A stretch of DNA of 64,000 bases, taken from assembly GCA_051382335.1 (NCBI GenBank), contig JBBCAX010000084.1, forward strand, positions 1 to 64,000. The letters run 5' to 3'. Below are positions 19,291 to 28,214 of the stretch, one piece after another (position 1 is the first letter of the stretch; each line of letters begins with the position of its first letter). Source of the stretch: Deltaproteobacteria bacterium TL4 (GTDB taxonomy: Bacteria; SAR324; NAC60-12). Under the pieces are notes generated by a model that worked only from the letters and a program-made list of their open reading frames with translations, had not been told where the DNA came from and did not search any database. The translations under genes and the position numbers were made by a program.

Positions 19291-21927
19291 ATGGAAAGTA
19301 TATTAAACCGTATCAATAACAAGTTCGAGCAGGTGCCTGATTTTACAATCAAACACAAGCGATGGGTCTGGACCGCTTTTATCGGCATGAGTCTTTTTAT
19401 GCTTGCGGGCCTTAACTGGTTCAAGGTGGACATGAGCATGGAGTCTTATTTTATGCAAGAGGACCCTGTCAAAATAGCTTATGACCGTTTTCGAGCAACG
19501 TTTGGCAGTGATGAAGTAGTTTATCTAGTTTATGAAGCCAAAGATGGGGATGTGTTTTCTGAAGCGTCTTTAAAGGCGGTACAGGGTATTCAAGAAGATT
19601 TGCTGAATTATCGTTTGAAAATGAAGCCTGGAGAAACTTCGGAACTGGACCGGATTACCGATGTGAAAACCATACTCAATGTCTCTTATATGGAAGCCAA
19701 GGAAGGTACCTTGGTTTCTCGTAAATTTATTGGAGATACGATTCCAACCACTGTTGAAGAACGTGAAGCCTTGAGAAAACGAGCCATGAAGCATCCGGAT
19801 TATCCTTTGCTCTATTTCTCAAAAAACTCGCGGTATGGCGGCATCATGATTCGTACAGATATCGGGGCAACAGTGGCAGAAGATCTCGTTGTCGGTCAAA
19901 AAAATTCGGGTGCTGATGAGGCCCCTAACGCAGAAGCCTTAGACGCCGCCTCCGAAGCTCAAGATACGGGGATAGGTCTCGATGAAGAGGAAATGGAGGT
20001 TGATGTGGGTGAAACCGTAGAGGTTTCCCTGGAGCAGCAAAGCCCTCCCCAGTTTAAAAAAGCGGAAATGGCAGATTATATCCATTTTATGGATGCTGTT
20101 CAAAAAATCCTGGATAATCCCGAATACTCCAAAGTTTTGACCTATTATCCTGTCGGTAATCCTCCCATGATGAAGTTTTTCATGGAAATCATGATGTCTG
20201 AAATGAGCATGATTAGCAGTTTTTCGATACTTCTGATTTTTGTGATCTTATTATTATTGTTTAAATCATTCAGCGCCATTGTTTGGCCTTTAGTGATAGT
20301 CATTATGTCTTGTTTGTGGACGGTGGGACTCACAGGCTGGCTCAGAATTCAGATGACCAGTATGGTCCAGGTAATGGTATTTTTAATTTTAGTCGTTGGC
20401 ATCGCGGATTCAATTCATATTCTTTCAGGGTATATTTATTTTCGGAACCAAAATCAGGATCACTTAACCGCTTTGCGCTTGGTCTTTAAAAAATCAGGCT
20501 TGGCTTGTTTTTTAACCAGTTTTACCACGGCCATCGGAATGCTGTCTTTATTGTTTGTGCCGATTGTTCCTATCCGTGATTTTGGCGCGCTTTCAGCGAT
20601 GGGCGTCCTTCTCGCCTTTATTTTTACGGTGTTTATGCTGCCCGTAATGCTTGACTTGTGGGGGCCCTATTCTGGAAAACGTGCGGAAAAGATAGTTCAG
20701 GCGGGAGGAGAGCGGCATCATGTGATTCAACAGCTTCTCCGCCAAGTCGAACATCTCAGTTACAAAGCACCTTTACCAACGGTGATTCTTTTTATGGTTG
20801 TGGGAGTGATCTTACTGTATGGTGTCCAATTTATTCGTGTGGATTCCAACTTGGTGGAAATACTTAAGGAAACCTCGACGATGAGACAAATCTACACCCT
20901 GGTTGATGAGCAGATGGGGGGGAGTCAGGGCATGGAATTGTTGGTGGACGCTGGAAAAGACGACGCCTTAAAAGATCCTGAGATGTTGAATGCGATTGAC
21001 ACGTTGGAAGAATATATGAAAACCCGCTATCCGGATTATGTAACGAAAACTTCCTCTCTGGTGACCGTAACCAAAGATTCCTATAAAACACTCAATGAGG
21101 GAAACCCGGAGATGTACATCATTCCACAAGATCCGAGGGTCCTGTCTCAAACCCTGTTTTTATTTAATAATGCCAACCCCAAAGATCGTCGGCAGTTGGT
21201 TTCAGATGATTATCGACAATCCCGAGTGATGGTGACTCTAAAGAATGCGGGTTCGCAAACCTACGAAAAAATCATTGACGATATTGACCAGCAAGTTGAA
21301 ACCTTATTTGCCCCCTTAAAAATAAAATATCCCGAGTTACAGGTTCATTTAACAGGGGGAATGTCATTGATGATGAAACTTGCTCAATATATCAGTTGGT
21401 CTCAAATACGAAGCTTTGGTTTGGCACTGGGTGTGATTTCCGTTTTGTTATTAGTTGTGTTTGGCTCAAAACGGGTTGGCATCATCGCCATCATTCCGAA
21501 CCTTTTTCCCATCGTTACCGCCTTTGGGCTCATGGGATATTTTGATATTGTTCTGGATTCAGACACCTTGTTGATCGCGCCGATTATTATTGGCATCGCG
21601 GTGGATGATACCATTCATTTCCTGACGCATTATCGTCACGAAATGTTCAAACATGGAGACATGCTTGAGGCGCTTAAACAAACGATTCGGGAAACAGGGC
21701 AGTCGATTATCTTCACCTCCCTGGTTTTATCCATTGGTTTTTTGGTGTTTTTGCCCTCAACGCATTTGGGGCTTCGTAATTTTGGAGTCATCAGTGCCAT
21801 CGCGATTTTTATGGCATTACTGGCGGACCTCTTTTTATTACCGGCAATGTGCCTTTTATTTAAAGCGGATTTTAAAAAAAGTAGGTTAAAGGCTGCGAAA
21901 AACTCTGTTCCGTCTCAAGCAGCTTAA
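19291..21927 (+). CDS. MMPL/RND-family transporter
   Basis: Two-repeat 12-TM topology with two large periplasmic loops; GIADSIH and GIAVDDTIH motifs; start ATG 19291 after AGAGG. Confidence 0.92.
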   Translation: MESILNRINNKFEQVPDFTIKHKRWVWTAFIGMSLFMLAGLNWFKVDMSMESYFMQEDPVKIAYDRFRATFGSDEVVYLVYEAKDGDVFSEASLKAVQGIQEDLLNYRLKMKPGETSELDRITDVKTILNVSYMEAKEGTLVSRKFIGDTIPTTVEEREALRKRAMKHPDYPLLYFSKNSRYGGIMIRTDIGATVAEDLVVGQKNSGADEAPNAEALDAASEAQDTGIGLDEEEMEVDVGETVEVSLEQQSPPQFKKAEMADYIHFMDAVQKILDNPEYSKVLTYYPVGNPPMMKFFMEIMMSEMSMISSFSILLIFVILLLLFKSFSAIVWPLVIVIMSCLWTVGLTGWLRIQMTSMVQVMVFLILVVGIADSIHILSGYIYFRNQNQDHLTALRLVFKKSGLACFLTSFTTAIGMLSLLFVPIVPIRDFGALSAMGVLLAFIFTVFMLPVMLDLWGPYSGKRAEKIVQAGGERHHVIQQLLRQVEHLSYKAPLPTVILFMVVGVILLYGVQFIRVDSNLVEILKETSTMRQIYTLVDEQMGGSQGMELLVDAGKDDALKDPEMLNAIDTLEEYMKTRYPDYVTKTSSLVTVTKDSYKTLNEGNPEMYIIPQDPRVLSQTLFLFNNANPKDRRQLVSDDYRQSRVMVTLKNAGSQTYEKIIDDIDQQVETLFAPLKIKYPELQVHLTGGMSLMMKLAQYISWSQIRSFGLALGVISVLLLVVFGSKRVGIIAIIPNLFPIVTAFGLMGYFDIVLDSDTLLIAPIIIGIAVDDTIHFLTHYRHEMFKHGDMLEALKQTIRETGQSIIFTSLVLSIGFLVFLPSTHLGLRNFGVISAIAIFMALLADLFLLPAMCLLFKADFKKSRLKAAKNSVPSQAA

Positions 21928-21955
21928 TCATTGAATCAAATAATCGGAGGGAAAA

Positions 21956-22834
21956 ATGAAAAAAATACTCATAATGGGCGTTGCCATCCTTACTTGGTTT
22001 GGAGGCTTGACAGGGAATATTCATGCGGAGGATGTGACTGAAATTATGGCTAAGGTTTACAACCGTAATGATGGAAACACGGAAATTTCTCTTCAAGAAT
22101 TAATAACCTGCCGCTACGCCACTAAAGGGAGAAAATTGGTTTGCGCGGAAAAACCACGCGTCAAAGTCATAGAAAGTATTCGTAAAGATTATGGCGAACG
22201 AGGGAAAGATATTCGGTCCCTCTCTATCATCCAAAGTCCGGCCAGTGAGCGGGGAATTGGGTTTTTACAATATGATTATGAAGCCCTCGATCAAGACACC
22301 GATCAATGGATGTACCTTTCCGCTATGGGCAAAGTCCGGCGAATTGTCTCAGGCAACGATGATGAACCCAAACAAGGAAGTTTCTTCGGTTCGGAATTTG
22401 GCTATGAGGATATGGAACAAATGCATGTTGAAGACTACACTTATAAAATCCTTAATAGTGAAACCTACCTCAAACGTCCTACATGGGTTATTGAAGCGGT
22501 ACCAACCCCTAAGCAGGCACGGAAAAGCAATTACAGTAAATCAGTGAGCTGGATTGATAAAGAACGGTTTTTGATGTTGAAAGCGATGCTTTACAATCGA
22601 CAGGGAAAAAATGTAAAGCGGGTTTCCGTAAGGGGTATTGAACAAGTCGACGGAATCTGGGTCATGAGGGAGTTCAATGTCAATAATCTTGAAACCAAAC
22701 GTTTGAGCACGATGAAGGTTCAAAAGATCGCTTATAATATTCCTGTCGATGACGCGTTCTTAACTCAACGTGCCTTGACGGATGGGGCCTTTAGAGAAAA
22801 TCACCTGCAAACCTTAAGAGCTCATTTGAAATAA
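21956..22834 (+). CDS. Outer-membrane lipoprotein-sorting (LolA-like) periplasmic protein
   Basis: Signal peptide, DQWMYL..KVRRI, FFGSEFGYED, WIDK motifs. Confidence 0.85.
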   Translation: MKKILIMGVAILTWFGGLTGNIHAEDVTEIMAKVYNRNDGNTEISLQELITCRYATKGRKLVCAEKPRVKVIESIRKDYGERGKDIRSLSIIQSPASERGIGFLQYDYEALDQDTDQWMYLSAMGKVRRIVSGNDDEPKQGSFFGSEFGYEDMEQMHVEDYTYKILNSETYLKRPTWVIEAVPTPKQARKSNYSKSVSWIDKERFLMLKAMLYNRQGKNVKRVSVRGIEQVDGIWVMREFNVNNLETKRLSTMKVQKIAYNIPVDDAFLTQRALTDGAFRENHLQTLRAHLK

Positions 22835-22841
22835 AGGTAAA

Positions 22842-24344
22842 ATGAGAAAAAAAATAAAAATCGCGATCTTCCACGGGTTGCTCCTCTTTGGGCTGAGCTG
22901 CCTGTCGCCTATTGGATTTCTTCCGAGGGCCTGTGCTGAAACGGTCATTGAAGATGAGAACTCCGAGCTTCAAGCGGAAGAATTCAAAGATGGTGATTTT
23001 ATGGAGGAGAATGAGCTTGAATTTGTTGGAGAAGATGAAGCCGAAATAGAGAAATATGAAGTGGATCTTTCCAATGAAGAACCGACTTCAGAGGACTCGG
23101 ACGAAAAAGGGGAAGGGTCGGAATTAAGCGAGATTATGGCAAAAAGTTCGCGTTTCACTTTTCGACAGGAATTGGCTTATCGTCTGGAACCAGGTCGTAC
23201 CGTGGTAAACCGCTCGTCTTTACGACTGGAGTGGGAACATCTTTTTGCTTCGCATTATTACTTCCGTTTTGATGGAAAAATGGCCTACAATTCCATTTAC
23301 GATTACCAGGATTATCCTGAGGAGGTAGCAGACTACTACAGATTTCAGACTCCACTGAGAGAGGCCTACCTCCAGGCAAGTTGGAGGAAATGGAGCTTTA
23401 AAGCCGGAAAACAAATTGTGGTTTGGGGCAAATCGGATAGTGGCGTTGTGACCGATGTTATCAGTCCTCGTGACCTGACGGAAGGTTTGTTCACACCGCT
23501 TGAAGACTCTAGAATTGGTCAAAGTCTGGTGCTGTTCGATTTCTATCCAGCTTCTAGCCATTGGACCCTCGTGATCAACCCTGATCCTCAAGTCAATCGT
23601 ACCGCACGTCCAGGACATGAATACGCGTTCCCTGGGCTTGTGGATCAAAAAGGTATTGTTCTGTTGGAAGAGGTTCAACCTGAGTTTGGTAAAGGGGATC
23701 CAGAGCTCGGTCTGCGTTGGGAAAAAACAAGGGAAGGTTTCGATTTGGCGGTTATGGCGGCCCAGGTGCTTTCAAATGAGCCTGTTGCTGTTTTTGAAGG
23801 CATGGACCCCATGTTTCAACCGCAATACCGTCAAGAATATCGCCGTTATAACATGGTCGGTTTGGGGGCCAATTTCAGCGCGGGAAATTTTTTGTGGAAA
23901 GCGGAGTTGGGCTACAAAGAAAAGTTGGCTTATAGTCATCAAAATGTATTGGAAAATAAAGGGGTGGCGGAAAGTGCTGTGTTGGCCATGTCTTTAGGAT
24001 TTGACTATACGGCGACAGGAGCTTATTCACTCTCAATGGAAGGATCCAATCAACATCTTGTGGACTGGGAGGAAGATTTCATAGGAGTCCGACAAAATTC
24101 AGGAATTATCTATGTTTCCTGGACCAAAAGTTTTCTGCATGAAACCTTAACCCCTCAATACACGCTGGCTTATGAACCTGAAGGTAAAGAAGGCATGCAT
24201 CAATTGGCCTTAAGTTATAACATTAGTGATCAATGGTCTTGTAAGGGAGAAATAGACTATTTTGACGCTCAGAAAGAGGACTCGCTTTTAGGGGTGTTTA
24301 AAGATCAACATCGACTTTATGGTGAGGTTCAATTCTCTTTTTAA
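22842..24344 (+). CDS. Outer-membrane beta-barrel (DUF1302-like)
   Basis: LREAY, GKQIVVWGKSD, DVISPRD; terminal FSF; acidic N-terminal region. Confidence 0.8.
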   Translation: MRKKIKIAIFHGLLLFGLSCLSPIGFLPRACAETVIEDENSELQAEEFKDGDFMEENELEFVGEDEAEIEKYEVDLSNEEPTSEDSDEKGEGSELSEIMAKSSRFTFRQELAYRLEPGRTVVNRSSLRLEWEHLFASHYYFRFDGKMAYNSIYDYQDYPEEVADYYRFQTPLREAYLQASWRKWSFKAGKQIVVWGKSDSGVVTDVISPRDLTEGLFTPLEDSRIGQSLVLFDFYPASSHWTLVINPDPQVNRTARPGHEYAFPGLVDQKGIVLLEEVQPEFGKGDPELGLRWEKTREGFDLAVMAAQVLSNEPVAVFEGMDPMFQPQYRQEYRRYNMVGLGANFSAGNFLWKAELGYKEKLAYSHQNVLENKGVAESAVLAMSLGFDYTATGAYSLSMEGSNQHLVDWEEDFIGVRQNSGIIYVSWTKSFLHETLTPQYTLAYEPEGKEGMHQLALSYNISDQWSCKGEIDYFDAQKEDSLLGVFKDQHRLYGEVQFSF

Positions 24345-24359
24345 AAGAAGCGGTAGAGC

Positions 24360-24956
24360 ATGGCAAAATTAATGAAGGTGGCGGTTCCACCAAGTAAAGA
24401 GCAACAAACTCTTCCTGATCAGTTGATCGTTAAAGATATTTTGTCTGGGAATATCCAGCAATTTGAGGTGTTGATCACACGCTATCGGAACAATATCTAT
24501 CGCTTTATTCTAAAACATGTGGATGAACCCGCACTAGCGGAAGATTTATCTCAGGATACGTTTATTGCCGCCTACCAGCAGTTAGCTTCGTTCCAAGGAA
24601 ATTCCACTTTTTTGACCTGGTTGTTTGGCATTGCCTTGAACAAGGTGCGAAATCATCTCAACCGGTCTCCCGAGAAACGTTATCACTTTGTTTCTGAGGA
24701 ATTGGTTGCTAATATCTCCTCACAGGAGCAAACGCCTTTAGAGGTCATGGAAAACAAGAACTCCTTGATCGCTTTGAAACGAGCGCTCAATCAGTTATCA
24801 CCTGATTTAAAAGAAGTTGCGATTTTAGTTTGTTTAGAAGGCTTCTCCTATGAGGAAACCGCAGGAATCATGGAAATTCCCGCGGGAACCGTGAGGAGTA
24901 AACTCTACAGAGCCAGGGAGATGCTCAGGCAACTTTTACACAGTTCCAAAGAATAA
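24360..24956 (+). CDS. ECF sigma-70 family factor
   Basis: AEDLSQDTF, STFLTWL..IALN, SYEE...GTVRSKLYRAR. Confidence 0.95.
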   Translation: MAKLMKVAVPPSKEQQTLPDQLIVKDILSGNIQQFEVLITRYRNNIYRFILKHVDEPALAEDLSQDTFIAAYQQLASFQGNSTFLTWLFGIALNKVRNHLNRSPEKRYHFVSEELVANISSQEQTPLEVMENKNSLIALKRALNQLSPDLKEVAILVCLEGFSYEETAGIMEIPAGTVRSKLYRAREMLRQLLHSSKE

Positions 24957-24978
24957 TCATCCATTTTGATTTATTTGT

Positions 24979-25005
24979 GAACTTTTATTGCCACAATGTT
25001 ACTAA
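24979..25005 (+). promoter_or_regulatory. Putative ECF-type promoter
   Basis: GAACTT-N16-ACTAA, similar to RpoE/AlgU-type GAACTT-N16-TCTAA, 22 bp after the sigma stop codon. Confidence 0.55.
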
Positions 25006-25076
25006 CGGGTAAAGTTGTGTTTGTAACCTTTGGTGTTGTTGAACTAAGCAAGATGTTGGCTTGAATTTTCGAAATG

Positions 25077-25189
25077 GAGCTGTGTTCCTTAGAAGGTGGT
25101 TTCAGTGGACTCATGCCCTTCCTCTCATGAGCCCCTGGAGCCTCCGTCTGTAGTCTTTATCCCTCACATATGAAGCAAAAACACAGCTC
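25077..25189 (+). ncRNA. Putative structured RNA (sRNA or 5' leader)
   Basis: Closing stem GAGCTGTGTT/AACACAGCTC; inner stems GGTTTCAG/CTGGAGCC, CTCATG/CATGAG (loop CCCTTCCTCT) and CTTTAT/ATGAAG (loop CCCTCACAT). Confidence 0.4.
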
Positions 25190-25250
25190 TGCTGGCCCAA
25201 TTACCCCTGAATGAAATGAGTGGTGCTCATTTCCGTGTGAAATGGACAGC

Positions 25251-25278
25251 GGAGTGCCAAAGCTTGCTTTGGCCAGAA
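25251..25278. repeat. REP-like palindrome (GGAG type), singlet
   Basis: GGAGTGCCAAAGCTTGCTTTGGCCAGAA, identical to the reverse complement of 60738-60765. Confidence 0.85.
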
Positions 25279-25330
25279 CTGCGAAAGCATTTCTTTAAGT
25301 TGAAATTTTGTTTTAAACGGAAGGTTAATT

Positions 25331-26116
25331 ATGAAAACGCCTATTGGGGAGATTCACTGTGAGGAGGGCGCACTGTTGATCCACAGAAATCTTGACGACG
25401 ACCTCACAGACGCCGAAACACAACAATTGTTGGCTCATCTGGAGCAGTGTTCCTCTTGTCAAGTCTTCTCAAGTGAAATAATCGGGATTGAAACTGATTT
25501 TGCGCCATTGAATCAACTCTATCTCTCCTGTGGTTTGGAGGATCACTTTAATAAAAATGTGATGGAGGCGATTCGCCAGTCATCAATTCCCGTTCCCTCC
25601 AAAGTGGACACTCTGATCGAATTTTTGTCTTCCTTCTTCTTTCTTTCCATACGAAGATTCCCTGTCTTTCCTGCTGCGGTAGGTGGCTTGGCCGGTCTTC
25701 TGGTTTTTATATTTTTGTGGCAAGACCTTCCGCCTTGGGTAGAATCTCAGGCAAAACGTTTTTCTTTACAGGAAATTCCTTTCCAATCAGCGCAGGAAAA
25801 ATTGGAATGGAACCATCAACAGGCCATTCCTCCTGGATACGAGGCCAACTTTGTGGTCGATCAGGAAGACAGTGAGTCCTACCACTTTCGGTTTGAATCC
25901 GCAACTCCAGTGGCCATCAAAGTGAATCATAAAGGGCCGCACACCCATACGTTAACTCCTAAAATGGTTACGCTTCACGGAATCCGTTACGCCACCTTAA
26001 AAACACCCCAACCTGAGGATGTCATAGATATCAGGAATGAAGGTCAGCAGCCTATCCAGGTGAATACCTACACCAGAAATACTGACGCCATTAAAGTGAG
26101 GTTGATCAAGTACTGA
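25331..26116 (+). CDS. Zinc-binding (ZAS/zf-HC2) transmembrane anti-sigma factor
   Basis: HC...HLEQCSSC motif, one TM helix, C-terminal periplasmic beta-rich domain. Confidence 0.85.
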   Translation: MKTPIGEIHCEEGALLIHRNLDDDLTDAETQQLLAHLEQCSSCQVFSSEIIGIETDFAPLNQLYLSCGLEDHFNKNVMEAIRQSSIPVPSKVDTLIEFLSSFFFLSIRRFPVFPAAVGGLAGLLVFIFLWQDLPPWVESQAKRFSLQEIPFQSAQEKLEWNHQQAIPPGYEANFVVDQEDSESYHFRFESATPVAIKVNHKGPHTHTLTPKMVTLHGIRYATLKTPQPEDVIDIRNEGQQPIQVNTYTRNTDAIKVRLIKY

Positions 26117-26168
26117 CAGAACGCAAGGAAACTCATTTTTCCTGATTCTTGCCAGAAGGTGAGTATAA

Positions 26169-26257
26169 GTAGGGTGCCGCTTAAGTGAAGCGAGTGCTCC
26201 AAAAATAAGGGGACAGCAAGCTTTCTGGTGCGCTCGCTTCGTTTAAGCACACCCTAC
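26169..26257. repeat. GTAG-type REP/REPIN hairpin between convergent genes
   Basis: GTAGGGTG..GCTTAAGTGAAGCGAGTGC ... GCGCTCGCTTCGTTTAAGC.CACCCTAC. Confidence 0.75.
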
Positions 26258-26278
26258 CTCATCTTCTCGGACAGCCAC

Positions 26279-28204
26279 TTAGTGCAGCATCTTTTTTATT
26301 TCCTGACTGAGGACTTGCAATCTATAAGGTTTGGTGACCACTCCATCAAAACCCAATTTTTGAAGGATGTTTTCGGTCATCAGATTGGTATCGCCTGTAT
26401 TCAACAGGATGGGGATGTCCTGACGGATCAGTCTGAGTTTCTCAACCAGTTGCTCTCCACTCATCAGCGACACATCGTAACTGGTAATCACCAACTGAAA
26501 ACGTTTCGGATCTGATTCAAACGCTTGTAGTGCTTCTCTGCTATCGGTAAAACTTGTGACCTGATATCCTAGCCTTTCTAATAACAACGTCCCAATTTCG
26601 GTAACAATCGGATTATCATCCACAAAGAGAATGTGTGTTTCCTTGCCTTCATGAGGTACCTGAAAAAGAGTCGTTTTTTTTGCTTCCGCCCTTAGCGGCA
26701 GGTAGATCTGAAAAGTCGTGAGTTTGCCCACTTCGCTTTTCACGACAATATGTCCTCCATGCTGCTTCACAATCCCGGAGACCACCGCTAAGCCCAAGCC
26801 TGTCCCTTTTTGTGCGCCTCGCGGTTTGGTTGAGAAATAAGGATCAAAGATCCGCTCCAAAGTCCTCTGATCCATACCGATTCCCGTATCCTCCACAGAC
26901 AAACAGACGAATTCCCCCGCTCTTTTTTCTCCGTGATCATTGATGAAGGCATAGCTTGAAACCCGGGTCAGACCGATGGTGAGAGTTCCGCCTTCCGGCA
27001 TCGCTTGAATCGCATTCAAACACAAATTCACAAGGACCTGACGGATCTGGGATGACTCGGCGACAATTGGAGGCAGATCTAAAGCCAGCTCTTCATGTAA
27101 GATGATGTTTCTAGGGATCAGGGGGTACAGAAACAGCAGGACCTCTTCGACAATCTTATTTAGATGGACCGTTTGCGTTTTGAAGTCGGCATTGAATGCG
27201 AAAATCAGGAGGCGTCCTATCAACTCCGCTGCGATGTTCGCGGATTCTGTCACCATCCTCAAGTTCGTGGCTTCATCACTCTTCGGGTCCAGTCCTAAGG
27301 AAACCAGTTCGACAAAACCAAGAATCGGTCCGAGCAGATTATTGAAATCATGAGCAAGCCCTCCTGCCAAGGTAACCAGAGCTTCCATCTTTTGGGCTTG
27401 AAGCCTTTGAGTCTCAAATTCCTTGCGTTGAGTTATATCGATAGTGACCCCCAGCAATCCTCGATCACTTTCATTTTCATCCTGGATAACTTGAGCACGG
27501 GTATGGGTCCACTTGAGGTCTCCGGCTTGATTGATAAAACGAAAATCTACAGGATCATAACAACCAGACTGAATTGCTGCTTCTATATGGGAATGGGCCA
27601 GGTTTCGATCTTCCGGATGAACGTGTTTGAGAAATTCTTCATACTTCATGGGAGAGACCAAGGCTTCTGAATTCTCAAGCAGAGCCCCAACCCAGGTGAT
27701 CTCACCGTTGATCCACGACCAAATTCCAACCTGACCAATGTCTAACGCCAAACTTAGATAGTTTGCTTTTTTACGTAAGGCTTGCTCTGTCTGCAGAAGT
27801 TCTTTGAATTGTTGCTGAAGTTGGCCATTGGTGCGATAGTTATAAAGCGCACACTCAATCGTCGCGTTCAAGGTTTGTTTCTGAACGGGCTTGACCAAGT
27901 ATCCACAAGGTTGAGTGGGTTTGGCACGCTCTATCGTTTCCTCATCCCCATAAGCGGTGAGATAAACAATTGGAATGTCATGGGTGCTTTTGATTTGGCG
28001 AGCCGCTTCAATGCCATCCATGGTTCCTTCCAGGAAAATATCCATCAGGATTAAATCAGGCTTTATGGCATGAGCGACCTGAATCGCTTTTTTTCCGGAT
28101 TTGACGATGACGGGAATTCGATATCCTAAACCCACTAATTGATCCTGTAACGCCAGACCCGTGAGTCCTTCATCCTCAACCACCAAAATCTGTGTATTCA
28201 TCAT
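26279..28204 (-). CDS. Hybrid sensor histidine kinase (REC-PAS-HisKA-HATPase-REC)
   Basis: LILMD, AHDFNN, NLCLNAIQAM, DTGIGM, GTGLGL; C-terminal REC has ITS in place of ITD. Confidence 0.93.
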   Translation of the reverse strand: MMNTQILVVEDEGLTGLALQDQLVGLGYRIPVIVKSGKKAIQVAHAIKPDLILMDIFLEGTMDGIEAARQIKSTHDIPIVYLTAYGDEETIERAKPTQPCGYLVKPVQKQTLNATIECALYNYRTNGQLQQQFKELLQTEQALRKKANYLSLALDIGQVGIWSWINGEITWVGALLENSEALVSPMKYEEFLKHVHPEDRNLAHSHIEAAIQSGCYDPVDFRFINQAGDLKWTHTRAQVIQDENESDRGLLGVTIDITQRKEFETQRLQAQKMEALVTLAGGLAHDFNNLLGPILGFVELVSLGLDPKSDEATNLRMVTESANIAAELIGRLLIFAFNADFKTQTVHLNKIVEEVLLFLYPLIPRNIILHEELALDLPPIVAESSQIRQVLVNLCLNAIQAMPEGGTLTIGLTRVSSYAFINDHGEKRAGEFVCLSVEDTGIGMDQRTLERIFDPYFSTKPRGAQKGTGLGLAVVSGIVKQHGGHIVVKSEVGKLTTFQIYLPLRAEAKKTTLFQVPHEGKETHILFVDDNPIVTEIGTLLLERLGYQVTSFTDSREALQAFESDPKRFQLVITSYDVSLMSGEQLVEKLRLIRQDIPILLNTGDTNLMTENILQKLGFDGVVTKPYRLQVLSQEIKKMLH

Positions 28205-28214
28205 TTTGTCACTC

